Source: Octopus sinensis
Lineage: Eukaryota
DNA: 64,000 bases
Direction: 5' to 3'
Assembly (NCBI RefSeq): GCF_006345805.1
Contig: NC_042997.1
Location: forward strand, 144,150,001 to 144,214,000
In this document: positions 52,065 to 64,000 of the stretch, piece after piece
Position numbering within the stretch: the first letter of the stretch is position 1
How the letters are laid out: every line of letters begins with the position of its first letter
The notes under the pieces: generated by a model
The model's database searches: none
What the model saw: the letters and a program-made list of their open reading frames with translations, nothing else
Told to the model about the DNA's origin: nothing
Translations under genes and position numbers: made by a program

Positions 52065-52330
52065 AACAGACCTGGTAGAAACAGCAGCCAAATCTCCCTC
52101 AAATCACACCTTACTGTCTTATGTATGTATATATATATGAGCCAATGAGGGGGACCTCTACATGGTAGCTAGACCTGGTAGAAATAGCAGCCAAATTTCC
52201 CCCAAATCACACCTTACTGTCTTATCTATGTATATATGTATGTATGAGCCTATGAGGGAGACCCCTACATGGCAGCTAGACATGGTAGAAATAGCAGCCA
52301 AATCTCCCTCAAATCACACCTTACTGTCTT
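52065..52330 (+). repeat. About 105-bp tandem repeat, about 2.6 copies
   Basis: GGTAGAAATAGCAGCCAAATCTCCCTCAAATCACACCTTACTGTCTTA recurs three times; the same motif is dispersed elsewhere in the window. Confidence 0.85.
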
Positions 52331-52835
52331 ATCTTTCTGCTACTTGGATATAGGTCTTATATTCGTCGTAAAAAACTTTCCTGTCACACACTCACGCACA
52401 CGCACACACACACGCACCCTCACACACACACACTCACACACACGCACGTTAGCTTACAATTTTATTTATATATTTGCGTGTCTATGTGTGGAAAGAGGAA
52501 GTGGGAGGCAGAGTGAAAGAATCACTCACTACAGTAATTGAATTACTTTCATTTTATTCGTTGCCCACTGTGTGTGTGCGTTTGTGCGTGGTGTAAACCA
52601 GACTAAGAAAAGCATTTGACACACACACCAGAATGTGAGTTTTCTGTAAATTTTGCTTAATTGGAGTTTAAATTTTAAAAACTGGACCTGGCATGACGCG
52701 ATGCATTGTACTCTTAAAAATGCTAGGTAAATTGTAATTGAAGAAATGCTATATTGTAGATTTCTATAACTCCCAAAGGGAGGCAGATAAAATCTGCCTT
52801 TTATAATAAGATATATATATATATATATATATATA

Positions 52836-52940
52836 CTTTATTTAAAGCAGCAGAAAATTCAACAAAATCTGTTACTCTGAGTTTCTCCGAGAAACTCAGA
52901 GTAACAGATTTTGTTGAATTTTCTGCTGCTTTAAATAAAG
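52836..52940. repeat. Perfect 105-bp palindrome centred on a hammerhead 3' half
   Basis: 52-bp arms around C52888; each arm begins GA-GAA-ACTCAGAGT-A-ACAG. Confidence 0.9.
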
Positions 52941-53009
52941 CATATTACTCTACCACTGGTATTTGAGTACTCTTTTTTCCACCTTGTTTCACATTTATGT
53001 GTTTACTCC

Positions 53010-53061
<52 letters not shown>

Positions 53062-53072
53062 TATATATATAT

Positions 53073-53104
<32 letters not shown>

Positions 53105-53105
53105 G

Positions 53106-53161
<56 letters not shown>

Positions 53162-53473
53162 AAGGGATGACCACTAAGTGGACATCCAATATGCTAGAAA
53201 TAGATCAGCTACGATCTAACCACAAAGGAAAAGAATGTATTCCAGAAAAATTCAGCAAACACCAGAACGTAAGCAGGTACAAATGAAAATATACACAGAC
53301 ACGCACACACATACACACACACATTTATATATACATATATATATATACATACATATATTGTCATCACCATCATTATCATTTGGCATGTGTGTTCCATGCT
53401 GGCATGGGTTGGAACGCTTATCAGGATCTGATGTGTTGAAAGAGACTGCATCATGTTTCACTGTCTCTCTTTT

Positions 53474-53513
<40 letters not shown>

Positions 53514-54076
53514 TAACAAACATGTATCTAATAACCACACCTTGATTCTGTTATATATCGTGTCTGACCCACAGCAACAGTAAATCTTGGTTAGATTGAT
53601 TACTACATTTGACAATATACACTATGTTGCCACTCCACCATATGGTTGCAACACCTTAGAAGGTATTTATTTCACAAGTCATGAGAATTGCCTCCAAATG
53701 GTTGCTTAAAATAGCACTTAAATCTCTGCTGAATCATAATGTAGATTGTTTAAGAAAAATTGGAAGAAGACATTGGATAAGGTAATCTTAGATAACACTG
53801 TTTCTGAGCTGAAGACAGGATGGTCGAGAATGGAATGTCTTTAATCATAGATTAGCTTGGTCAGGGTTAACTGACATAGGTGAGTGTGGTGGGTAACTAA
53901 ATAACAGCAACAACCTGTACATCTTGTTTCAATTTTGTTTTTACATTCTCTTAATTCTACCTTGATGCTTGATGCTTGATGGCCATTAGTTCTCACAACT
54001 AACTGTACCTTAACACTTTGATATTCAAATCACTTTGTCACATGTAACACTTGTTTGCATTCATCATCATCATCAT

Positions 54077-54118
<42 letters not shown>

Positions 54119-54121
54119 GCA

Positions 54122-54208
<87 letters not shown>

Positions 54209-54634
54209 TAATAATAATAATAATAATTGTTTAATCTCCGTTTCCCATGCTAGCATGGGTTGGACAATTAGACTGAAATCTAATAAGCTGGGGAGCCGCA
54301 CCAGGTTCCAATATGATTAGGCATGGTTTCTACAGCTGGATACCTTTCCAAATGCAAACCACTTAAAGAGTGTGGTGGGTGCTTTTTATGTTCCACTGGT
54401 ACAGGTTCCAGTTATGAAACACCAGCATCGGCCACGATTACATTCTCACTTGGCTTGACATGTCTTCTCAAGAACACTAGATTGCCAAAGCTCTCAGTCA
54501 CTTGTCACTGCTTCCGTAAAGCCCAATGTTCAAAGATCATCGCTCACCATCTCATCCCATGTTTTCCTGGGTCTACCTCTTCCACACAGGTTCTCTCCAC
54601 TATTAGAGACCATTCACATTCTTTATTCTCTCTC

Positions 54635-55000
54635 TTTTACTCTTTTACTTGTTTCAGTCATTTGACTGTGGCCATGCTGGAGCACCACCTTTAGTCGAGC
54701 AAATCGACCCCAGGTTTTATTCTTTGGAAGCCTAGTACTTATTCTATTGTTTCTTTTGCCGAACCGCTAAGTTACGGGGACATAAACACACCAGCATCAG
54801 TTGTCAAAGGATGTTGGGGGGACAAACACAGACACACAAACACACATATATATACATATACATATATACGATGGGCTTCTTTCAGTTTCTGTCTACCGAA
54901 TCCACTCACAAGGCTTTGGTTGGCCCAAGGTGCCACGCATTGGGACTGAACCCGGAACCTTGTAGTTGGTAGGCAAGCTACTTACCACACAGCCACTCCA
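54635..55000 (-). mobile_element. SINE family A with partial CpG decay
   Basis: Reverse-complement consensus with CG to TG/CA changes. Confidence 0.85.
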
Positions 55001-55914
55001 TTGTTTACAATTTATTATGTACTATCTCATAGCTTCAAGATTTTGGTGGTGTGATTGTTTATTTTCAGAATGATACTGTAGAGAAGGTGTGAGAGGCTAG
55101 ATCTGGCTGTTTTGAGTATAAAGCAGGTTGAATATTTGGGCCTGATATGGCTGGCTGATTTAAATGCTTAAAGGTTGCGCCACCATGTAGTTGCTCAATC
55201 TGCTGAAAATAGCAGCCAAATCTCCTTTACATCTTATCCATACTGTCTAATAACAAAATAAGGTGTGAATGCGGATAGCTGTTTCTGTTGTTGTTATAGT
55301 AATTTTTGTTGTCATAGTTATGAGGAAGAGACACATTTAATATTGTGGTCTAAGGTACACTGTGACTGAAGAAACAAAATGAAAGGAAGAAACAAAATGT
55401 GAAGTGGCTGAAATGACCTTGTTCACTTTGTACTAAACAACAACAATAACAAAAACAAGTATCATATTTTATTAACCACACCTTATAGTCACCATAATTA
55501 ATTACTCATGGTGACATAACAAAACTTCCTACCCTGGATTTGCTGTACCTTAAATTAACTACATCCCATACCCTGTACTTTTTATCAACAAAGGAACATT
55601 TATGTGGTTGTTTGACCTGCTAGAAATAGCTGTGAAATCTCCCTCAAATCACATTTTGCTATCTCATAAAAAAAACTGCTTTGACTAATGTAGTTATCAG
55701 GGGCATATATTCTGTGTGTGCTAGGTGTGTGCTACACAGCCAACCGAAAATGGCAAATTCATTATAAATATTAATCTTACTCATTAATTTAATCACAAAT
55801 CTAACGGTAAATTTTTGTTATAGTCTGCTTGAGATTTAGTGGCATTGGGTGTGGCAGCACACCCAATACCACAACCATCATATGCCACTTGTAGTTATAT
55901 TCTTTTCTATATTA

Positions 55915-56285
55915 AGCACAAGGCCTAAAATTTTGTGGGATGGAGGGCAGTCGATTAGATCGACTGCAGTATGCAATTGGTACTTAATTTATCGACCCAA
56001 AAGGATGAAAGGCAAAGTTGACCTCAGCCAAATTTGAACTCAGAACATAAAGACAGACAAAATACCTAATTCTTTACTACCCACAAGGGGCTAAACACAG
56101 AGGGGACGAACAAGGACAGACAAACAGATTAAGTTGATTACATGTGTGTAACTGGTACTTATTTAATCAACCCAGAAAGGATGAAAGTCAAAGTCGACCT
56201 CAGTGGAATTTGAACTCAGAATGTAGCGGCAGACGAAATACTGCTAAGCATTTTTCCTGACATGCTAATGTTTCTGCCCGCTTGC
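55915..56285 (-). mobile_element. Dimeric SINE family B, CpG-decayed
   Basis: Two cores joined by the same linker as at 28948-29503. Confidence 0.8.
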
Positions 56286-56334
56286 CAGCCCTGCAGGCAG
56301 TTATATCATGTGTTATACTTAATTAAAATTGATC

Positions 56335-56565
56335 ATGGCCACTGCCAGCCTTCCCTGGCACCTGTGCCAGTGGCACGTAAAAAGCACCCACTACACTCAT
56401 GGAGTGGTTGGCATTAGGAAAGGCATCCAGCTGTAGAAACACTGCCAGATCAGACTGGAGCCTGGTGCAGCCTTCTGGCTTCCCAGACCCCGGTCGAACC
56501 GTCCAACCCATGCTAGCATGGAAAATGGATGTTAAACGATGATGATGATGATGATGATAATGATG
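56335..56565 (+). mobile_element. SINE family C 3' part with (GAT)n tail (other copies at 48395-48520, 54215-54420, 63180-63410)
   Basis: GGCATTAGGAAAGGCATCCAGCTGTAGAAAC...CCAACCCATGCTAGCATGGAAA then (GAT)n. Confidence 0.8.
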
Positions 56566-57635
56566 ATGGAATCATTTTGATCTTAGGCTTGCCCAATAAG
56601 AGCTGATGTAGAGTTGAGCAACAATAGCAGCAACAACAGAAGCAATTGTTCTTTCCATTACAATAACTATCCACAGCTCAGACCTATTTTTTGCCTCCTT
56701 TACTCTATCAGGAATAAAGGAGCTACTATCATGATAAAAGGTGAAGACCCCCTTCAGTCATGAATGACCATGAGATTGCACCAGAAAGTTCCCCTCCAAG
56801 GCACAAGTTCAGGCAAATTTGTTTTATGGAAGACCACAGTTGCTCATACATACCAGCCTCCCCTCTCCACACCACTGATGTTATCCAAAGGAAAGGCAAA
56901 GGCCAATACTGCATGGAACCAGTGGTGTCAAAAATCATTTCTACAGCTGAGTGAACTGGAGGAAAGTGAAATAAAGTGTCTTACTCAAGAACAAAACACA
57001 CAGCCCAATCCAGGAATCAAACTCACTACCTCATGATTGTGAGCCCTGCACCTTGATGTATTTTGTTCATTTTAAATCTGGGTGGGTTCAATCCTTATCC
57101 AGGTCTCAACACAAATGATTTCTTGAGTAAGAGACAGAGTAACAAAGAAAGTAAGAAATAAGGCAGAAAAATATCAACTCCTGTACTTGAAGAAAGTAGC
57201 ACAACTAAATGGGGTTATAGGTGGTGCTGCAACACTTTTATGGTATAGTGGTGGGTAGGAGCAACACTTTTGGATCTACCATATAAGCTTTTATAGAGCT
57301 AGGAGCCTGCTAGTTGGGGGCAAACTTGAGAGCTGACCTGGGAAGCACACACTCTACTTACTTCACTACTTGAAGGATACTGGGTACTTTATCAATCCCT
57401 AAATGGTTGAAAAACAAAATTGATCTTAATTGGATTTGAACTCAGGACATGGAGATCTAGAACAAATATTTCAAGTGTTTTATTTTTTTTATTAGCATCC
57501 CAATGACTCTGCCAACCTACCTCCTATTATTTTAAATCCCCTAATAGCCACTACAATTTGTATTAATAAAACCTTACACAATCAAATTAATAAAACAGTG
57601 TTAGAGCCTGTATAGAATCTTTGAAAAAAATATAG

Positions 57636-57805
57636 GTGCAGTTGTGTAGTAAGAAGCTTGTTTTCCAACCATGTGATTCTGGGTTCAATCCCTCTGCATG
57701 GCACATTGGACAAGTATCTTCTACTATAACTCCAGGCCAACCAAAGACTTGTGAGATTTGGTAAGCAGAAACTGAAAGAAATCCATCGTGTGTGTGTGTG
57801 GTGTG

Positions 57806-57836
<31 letters not shown>

Positions 57837-58025
57837 TGTGCATGTGTGTCTTTGTGTCTGTTGGTGTGTTTACATATCTATAACCTTGCAGTTCAGCAGG
57901 GGAGACTGATAGCATAAGCATCAGGCTTAAAAAGAAAATAAATACTGGGGTCAATTTGTTTGATTACAAAATTCCTCAAGATGGTGCCCCAGCATGGCCA
58001 CAGTCTAAAAGCTGAAACAAGTATT
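57636..58025 (+). mobile_element. SINE family A, CpG-decayed
   Basis: Head, (GT)n and tail recognisable. Confidence 0.75.
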
Positions 58026-58424
58026 CACAAATATGAGTATGTATGTGTGTGTGTGTGTCTGTGTGTGTAAGTATGTGTGTGCGTGTAGGTCTATAGCTAT
58101 GTGTGTGTGTCTTTGTGTTTGTACCGCCGACAGCTGGTGTTGGTTTGTTTACATCTCTGTGACTTAATCATTCAGCCAAAAAGAGACTGATGAAATAAGC
58201 ACCAGGCTTATGAAACAAGTACTGGGGTTGACTTGTTTGACTAAATAAATCCTTCAAGGCAGTGCCCCAGAATGGCCACACTCCGATGACTGAAGCAAGC
58301 AAAAGCTAAGAAACTATAAATGATGAATACTCTTCACATTAGATTATGGTGACTGTGGCAATTCAACCCATGCCAGCATGGAAGGCAGACAATGAAATGA
58401 CGTCATTGCTGCTGCTGCCGATGT

Positions 58425-58457
<33 letters not shown>

Positions 58458-59134
58458 CGACGACGACTTGCTTAGAAGGCAAAAAAGTGGTCGCAGCTGG
58501 AATGCTTTGACAAGTCTAGTTAATTAGAGCAAGCTTAGGGTTGGGACAAACAACAGCAACCACCTCCACCAGAGCATCAAGTTACCACTGCCAAATTATT
58601 TCATATCCCAAAGCTATGAGCCAGCTGATGAGGAGTCCTTAGCAGTCGTATGAACTACTAGAAATAGCAGTTAACCCATCCCATCCTACCACCCACCCAA
58701 TCCCACCTCGAATTGCACTCTACTGTCTCGGAAAGTGTAATAGCTGATTGGATATTTTTGTCCTACACATCCCTAAAAATGCACAGGATATTCATGGTGA
58801 GTGTACTTTTGATTACAGGCCTGCAGAAACAGGATTGACTAGGATGATAAATAGCAACAATAACAACAACAAAAACAACAACCACAATCTCAAGTTTGTA
58901 ATCACTCTTGTTCCTGCCACACCTTACTCTTATAACCCCACCTTACACTTAGAACCCACTGTTCAAACCATGACAAAATCAAAATCACAGCTACTTAGTG
59001 GCATTGGTCCTCCCACCTTAGCACTGAATAGGATGGTGTTACATGACAAACAATAAAAACAACTGTATTTGATGTCCAGGCATAAAACTAGTTACTTCCT
59101 CAATGCTTTATTCTCAAATTACATCCAACTTTAA

Positions 59135-59352
59135 ACCTTAGCATTCAGATTACTCTGTCAAATGCAATGCTTATTTTATTCACAGAGTTTTGAATTACTT
59201 ATACATTATCTTGTAGCTTTCAAATTTCAGTGCAGTGATTGTTTATTTTTAGAATGACATTGTAAAGTAGGTATGAGAGGCCTGATATGGCCATCTGAAC
59301 ATTAAGCAGGAAGAATATTTGAGCGGATATGGTTGGTTTAAATGCTAAAAGG
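59135..59352. mobile_element. piggyBac-like MITE
   Basis: TTAA on both sides; termini ACCTTAGCATT / AATGCTAAAAGG; related partial copy at about 55040-55170. Confidence 0.65.
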
Positions 59353-60794
59353 TTAATATGTAACTGTATAAGTAAAATGAAGTCTATGTTTCTAATGGTT
59401 GTGGTCATTTGACTGTGGTCATTTGACTGTGGCCATGCTGGGGCACCACTTTGGTACTCATTATATTGGATTGTTATGGCCAATAGGAAGTTAGCTTCTC
59501 TATGGGAATTAATACAATAAGTTTCTTTTTACATACACACACTCAAACACATGCTGTTTCGGTTTATTGGATTTTTGAACTCCAGCTTCTCACAAATTTA
59601 AATATTTGTTACATTCACTACGGAGTATTCCATTTTCATTTGCAAAGTCTCTCATTCTCTATTTCAGTGTTTTCATTTCAAGTTTTAATTTGCTATTTGG
59701 AAAACCAACAGTTTATTCTATTAATGTATATGTAAATGTAAAAACATTATTTATTGAATGAAACTGTTTTAATATACCTGTATAATTTTTGTAAAAAAAA
59801 TTTAGAAGTGATTTTGTTATTATGGCTGTTTAGAATGGCTGTTTCTTACAGAAAAGTATTTTCATTTACATAACTCATTTTTTAAATCACTGTGGATAAA
59901 TGCCAGCAATGACCCTCTCAGGCTCTCCAATATTTTAGTTTCTAAACAGAAACTATTGGGGGCAGGGAGAGGGGTTGCAAAACATTCATAATTTCTCAAA
60001 TTTTCTTTTTTGTAGCATAAAAATGTATTTATGGGGGGAAAGTATTGAAAAGCATCAATACGTGTGAGAGTGATAAAGAAATAAAGTGGGTTGTCTTTGG
60101 ATATGCTAGAAACAACAGCCAAATCACCCTTAAATCATTCACATTTCCCTCTGAAAATATTAACATTTTAATTTTTTTACCGAAAATGCTCTTCCAATGG
60201 TTTTGAAGCCCAAGAAAAATTGGCCAAAATAGGTCTGGGGTGGGATGATGAGGGAGTGCGGTGTAAAAAAAAAGAGTTTTCAAAACTTTTTCATACAAAG
60301 ATGCCCCCCCCCCACCACCACCATCACCATCATTTTCAGATTGTGGTTTTTAAAAAATGGTGAAAATCCCTGAAAAAAATTTTCCCCACATATTTCTTTA
60401 TAATCGTAATCTATGCTGTTTGGAAGTGATCTGTATCAAATTTCATTAAAAGATACCCATTTTCCTGAAAGTTATGATGGAAAAAAGTCAGATCATATGA
60501 ATTTTCTGAAACTCCTGTCTTTCCCATAGATCCCTGTATACACTGAAGCCACAAGATCTAAGCAGTATTTGTAGAAAATCTTGTTAAAAAGTATCCTTCT
60601 TTCTGGATGTTATGGGGCAACAAAGTCGGGGCATATACATCTGTAGTAATGCCCTTTTATTTATATGTTTTTTTTCATTTCATGTTTATTTCATTCATTG
60701 TTTGTAATGTTCTCTCTCCCCATCTCTTTCTCTCTCACACACACACATGCACATGCACACACACACACATGCACACGCACATGCACACACACAT

Positions 60795-60836
<42 letters not shown>

Positions 60837-63367
60837 AGGCTTACAGATGGGCTGCTGAATTGAAATCTCTGTTGCTTTGAAAAGGTAAACTTGACAAACT
60901 GCTTCTCCCTCTGTTGTTGGACTACCATGATGTTTGTTTAAAAAGAGAGATTATGACTGTGATAAACTAATGAAAGCAATATTTACTAAGCAAGTGAGCA
61001 CTATAATACAAAGAAATGATTAGATATAAAAATCAGTAAAATTATTAGAATTGGAAATCAAATGTAAAAATATCAAGTAACTAGCAGAAAACTGCTCAGA
61101 GGGCAGTCTTTCTGCTAGTCTAACTAATTCCAACATGAAAAATCTACATCAAGACGTTAATAATGATGATCTTGGTGGTAGGCTGATATCATTTATATGT
61201 TACAGTATACAAATTTTGTTATTGGAAAATACTGATTTACATAAGAGATAGTTTTGGCCATTATTTCTGTCTACTTTATTTATCAACTCTGGGAATATCC
61301 TAAAGATTTGGTTTCATGATTAGTCCATTTGGAATATAGATTAAATGAATTAGATAATTCTGCAGAAGTATTTGAACATTATCTAAGAATATAAAATTGG
61401 ATCATTTTGAAACACAGTGAAGATGATATTTTAAAGGCATTATGCTGTTCGTGCAATAAACCATTGAAGATTTTATTTCCATGTACGTATTCTTAGGTAA
61501 TTTAGCTTGGTACTGTCCTTCTTTCTTCAAGCCATACCCACAGAAGTAGAGTTCTATATTGCATGTGAAAGAAACATCTATCAAATATGTTGCTTTCAAA
61601 GGTGATTTATCCTAGCCCTATACCATATATTTATATGATGAACGGAAATAATTTAGAATTGTCATGACTTGGTTGTATGGTTAAAACATTTACTTGTTTA
61701 CAAACATCACATAATGTCAAGACAAGGGTACACACGAACACACACACACATATTCATATCTACATACACATACTTATGTACACACACATATATGTGATGG
61801 GCTTCTTTCAGTTTCTATCTACCATTGGGCAACGAAATTCATCGATTTAAGAGATATGGCTGTTATTTCTAGCACATGCCAACACAACCCTCCTCGTTTG
61901 TTTATCAATATCGATAACGCAGCAAATGATTTCAGCTCAAAAGAGAGTATAGGATTGGTTAAAATTCGAAAAATTAAACTACGTTAAACAAACGAATTAC
62001 AAATTTATCAAAAAAGCCAAGTGAAAATAATGTTTTCTTTTGACACATTCTACCAGTATACAAAGTTTCAAATTGTTTAGTTAACTAGAAATTGTGTTGA
62101 ATTCTGGCTGCTATCAAAAGGAAAAGATCCCATAATTCTATTTGCTGTACATGCACCTTTGATGAGTTGTAGTGCACCTGAGCACTATACACAATAATTT
62201 AATTATTACTATAAAAGGACTCACAATACACTGGATTCACCAAACTCACACACACACACACACACACACACAAATACATACACACGCATACATAAATCCA
62301 CACTAACCTGTCAGGAGCCTCTTTTAAAAAATGTACATGACTTATAAAATCTTACTTGAAATCTCACTATACAATAAATGAAATTATGAAATTTCAGTTA
62401 GCAGCATTAGAATAATACACTAGTATTATATAATAGACACAGGCATGACTGGGTGATAGGAAGCTTGCTTCCCAACCACATGGTTCTGGGTTTAGTCCCA
62501 TTGTGTAGCACCTTAGGCAAATGTCTTCTACTATAGCCTCAGGCTGACCAAAGCCTTGTGAATGGATTTGGTGGACAGAAATTGAAAGAAACGTGTCGTA
62601 AATATTACCTCTGGATATCCTTGTTGCTTATTTTGATTATAATCACCTCATTTTGAATTATATGGATAATATCATACCAATTTCTGGTGCCTTTAACTTA
62701 AGTACCATATTCAACTGAATCTAAATTTTTACTAAACTTATATATATATATATATAATAGTGCACATTTAAACACAAGAGAAATTACCTTTAACAGGTAA
62801 TTTTACATGCTAGGAGAAGCAGTCAAAACGACCAAACCCCCTTTAAGAATAATTTCAAAGGGAATGAAAAATAAAAACTTTTACCTTGTTATTTTTTTAC
62901 GGTTATACCTAGGTTTTGAAGTTTTTAGTAAATAAAATAATTTGCTAGGCAAAATTCTCATCAGTAACCATGCAATAACATTAACATATGATTTAGAGAC
63001 AAATAACATGTGTCTCATCATTATATGTTATAATTTTTCAAATTCACCACGCAAGTGCAGTTTCAGTCGGCAGTAAGTGAAAAATGTCAAACTGACCTTT
63101 GAAAATCTAAAATCATATACGTAAAATATATAGGGTAGTGAATATTTTTAGAAATTTCACTACTTTCAATTTGGCTGTTGCCAGTGACTGGCCCTCATGC
63201 AGGTGGCATGTAAAAGCACCCACTACATTCTCTGAGTGGTTGGCATTAGGTAGGGCATCCAGCTGTAGAAACTCTGCCAGATCAGATTGGAGCTTGGTGC
63301 AGCCATCTGGCTTGCCAGTCCTCACTCAAACCGTCCATCCCATGCCAGCATGGAAAGAGGACGTTAA

Positions 63368-63411
<44 letters not shown>

Positions 63412-64000
63412 ATATATATATATATATATATAAAATTAAATATAATATAATTTATTTATATCTATTTTTTTGTATTTCTTTTCATTTGAAATTTGTCTTT
63501 ATTCTCAGGGCAAAGACAGTTGAAGTGATGGTGGAAGCCACTTCTATCTTCATGGTTCTGGCTGGCAGCAAATAGGTTTGGCAATTATCCACAGTAATTC
63601 TTTGTATATCAGTTTGCTGCTGGATAGGGAAAAAAAAATAATTAAAAAATAAAGATAAATTTCAAACTAAAACAGTAAAATAAACAAATAAAAATAAAAA
63701 TGAAGAAAAATATAACTAACAATAACAATAACAGCAAGAACAACAATAACAACAACAGCAACAATAATAATGATCATAAACTCATAGTATGAGAGAGATG
63801 AAAGTTATTGATGGTATCTCTGAGTTATATATTATCTAAAACTGTGGATTTTGTGGTACTTTGGAATTAAATAGAAAAAAATTCTTGGCAGATTTCTCAT
63901 GGAAAGTTGAACGAAAGTATGTTTTAAGGTTAAAAATTAGTAAAAAAAGACAATAATTAATAAAAAGAGGAAACTATTGCTTATCTTGTTTTATTAATCA

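Noticed and set aside
50641-53205. 46-nt inverted match between 50641 and 53157
   Set aside because: Most simply two dispersed copies of a repeat family; no TIR/TSD context.
61402-63620. Candidate exons near the right end (61402-61599 ORF; acceptors near 63510 and 63620)
   Set aside because: Frames close early or lack good donors, and no consistent chain could be built.

Overview
AT-rich, repeat-dominated eukaryotic DNA. The SINE families and very dense (TA)n/(CA)n/(GATA)n/(TACA)n microsatellites look like an octopus (coleoid cephalopod) genome; this is inferred from recognition, not from a search. Almost all long ORFs in the supplied track are translated microsatellites. Real content: four recurrent SINE families, degraded DNA transposons (two mariners plus a deleted mariner, a maT/DD37D-like element, hAT, piggyBac-like and other MITEs, a non-autonomous Helitron), an R4/Dong-like LINE fragment, Ty3/Gypsy remnants with an LTR, ORF1(gag-knuckle)-only elements, and two Penelope-like (PLE) GIY-YIG remnants. 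A chain of phase-compatible minus-strand exons (about 29.9 to 14.6 kb) may be an unidentified host gene (low confidence). The main discovery is an unusually dense and diverse set of type I minimal hammerhead ribozymes (HHRs), folded by hand: eight with complete or nearly complete stems and core, plus about ten degenerate ones. They include a 533-nt cleavage-site-to-cleavage-site non-coding unit (retrozyme-like), a copy with a compensatory G3:C8 core swap, and a possible A6U subfamily. At least six local inverted duplications have their junctions on or next to the ribozyme, and most of these elements sit in (TA)n tracts. All ribozyme activity is untested prediction.
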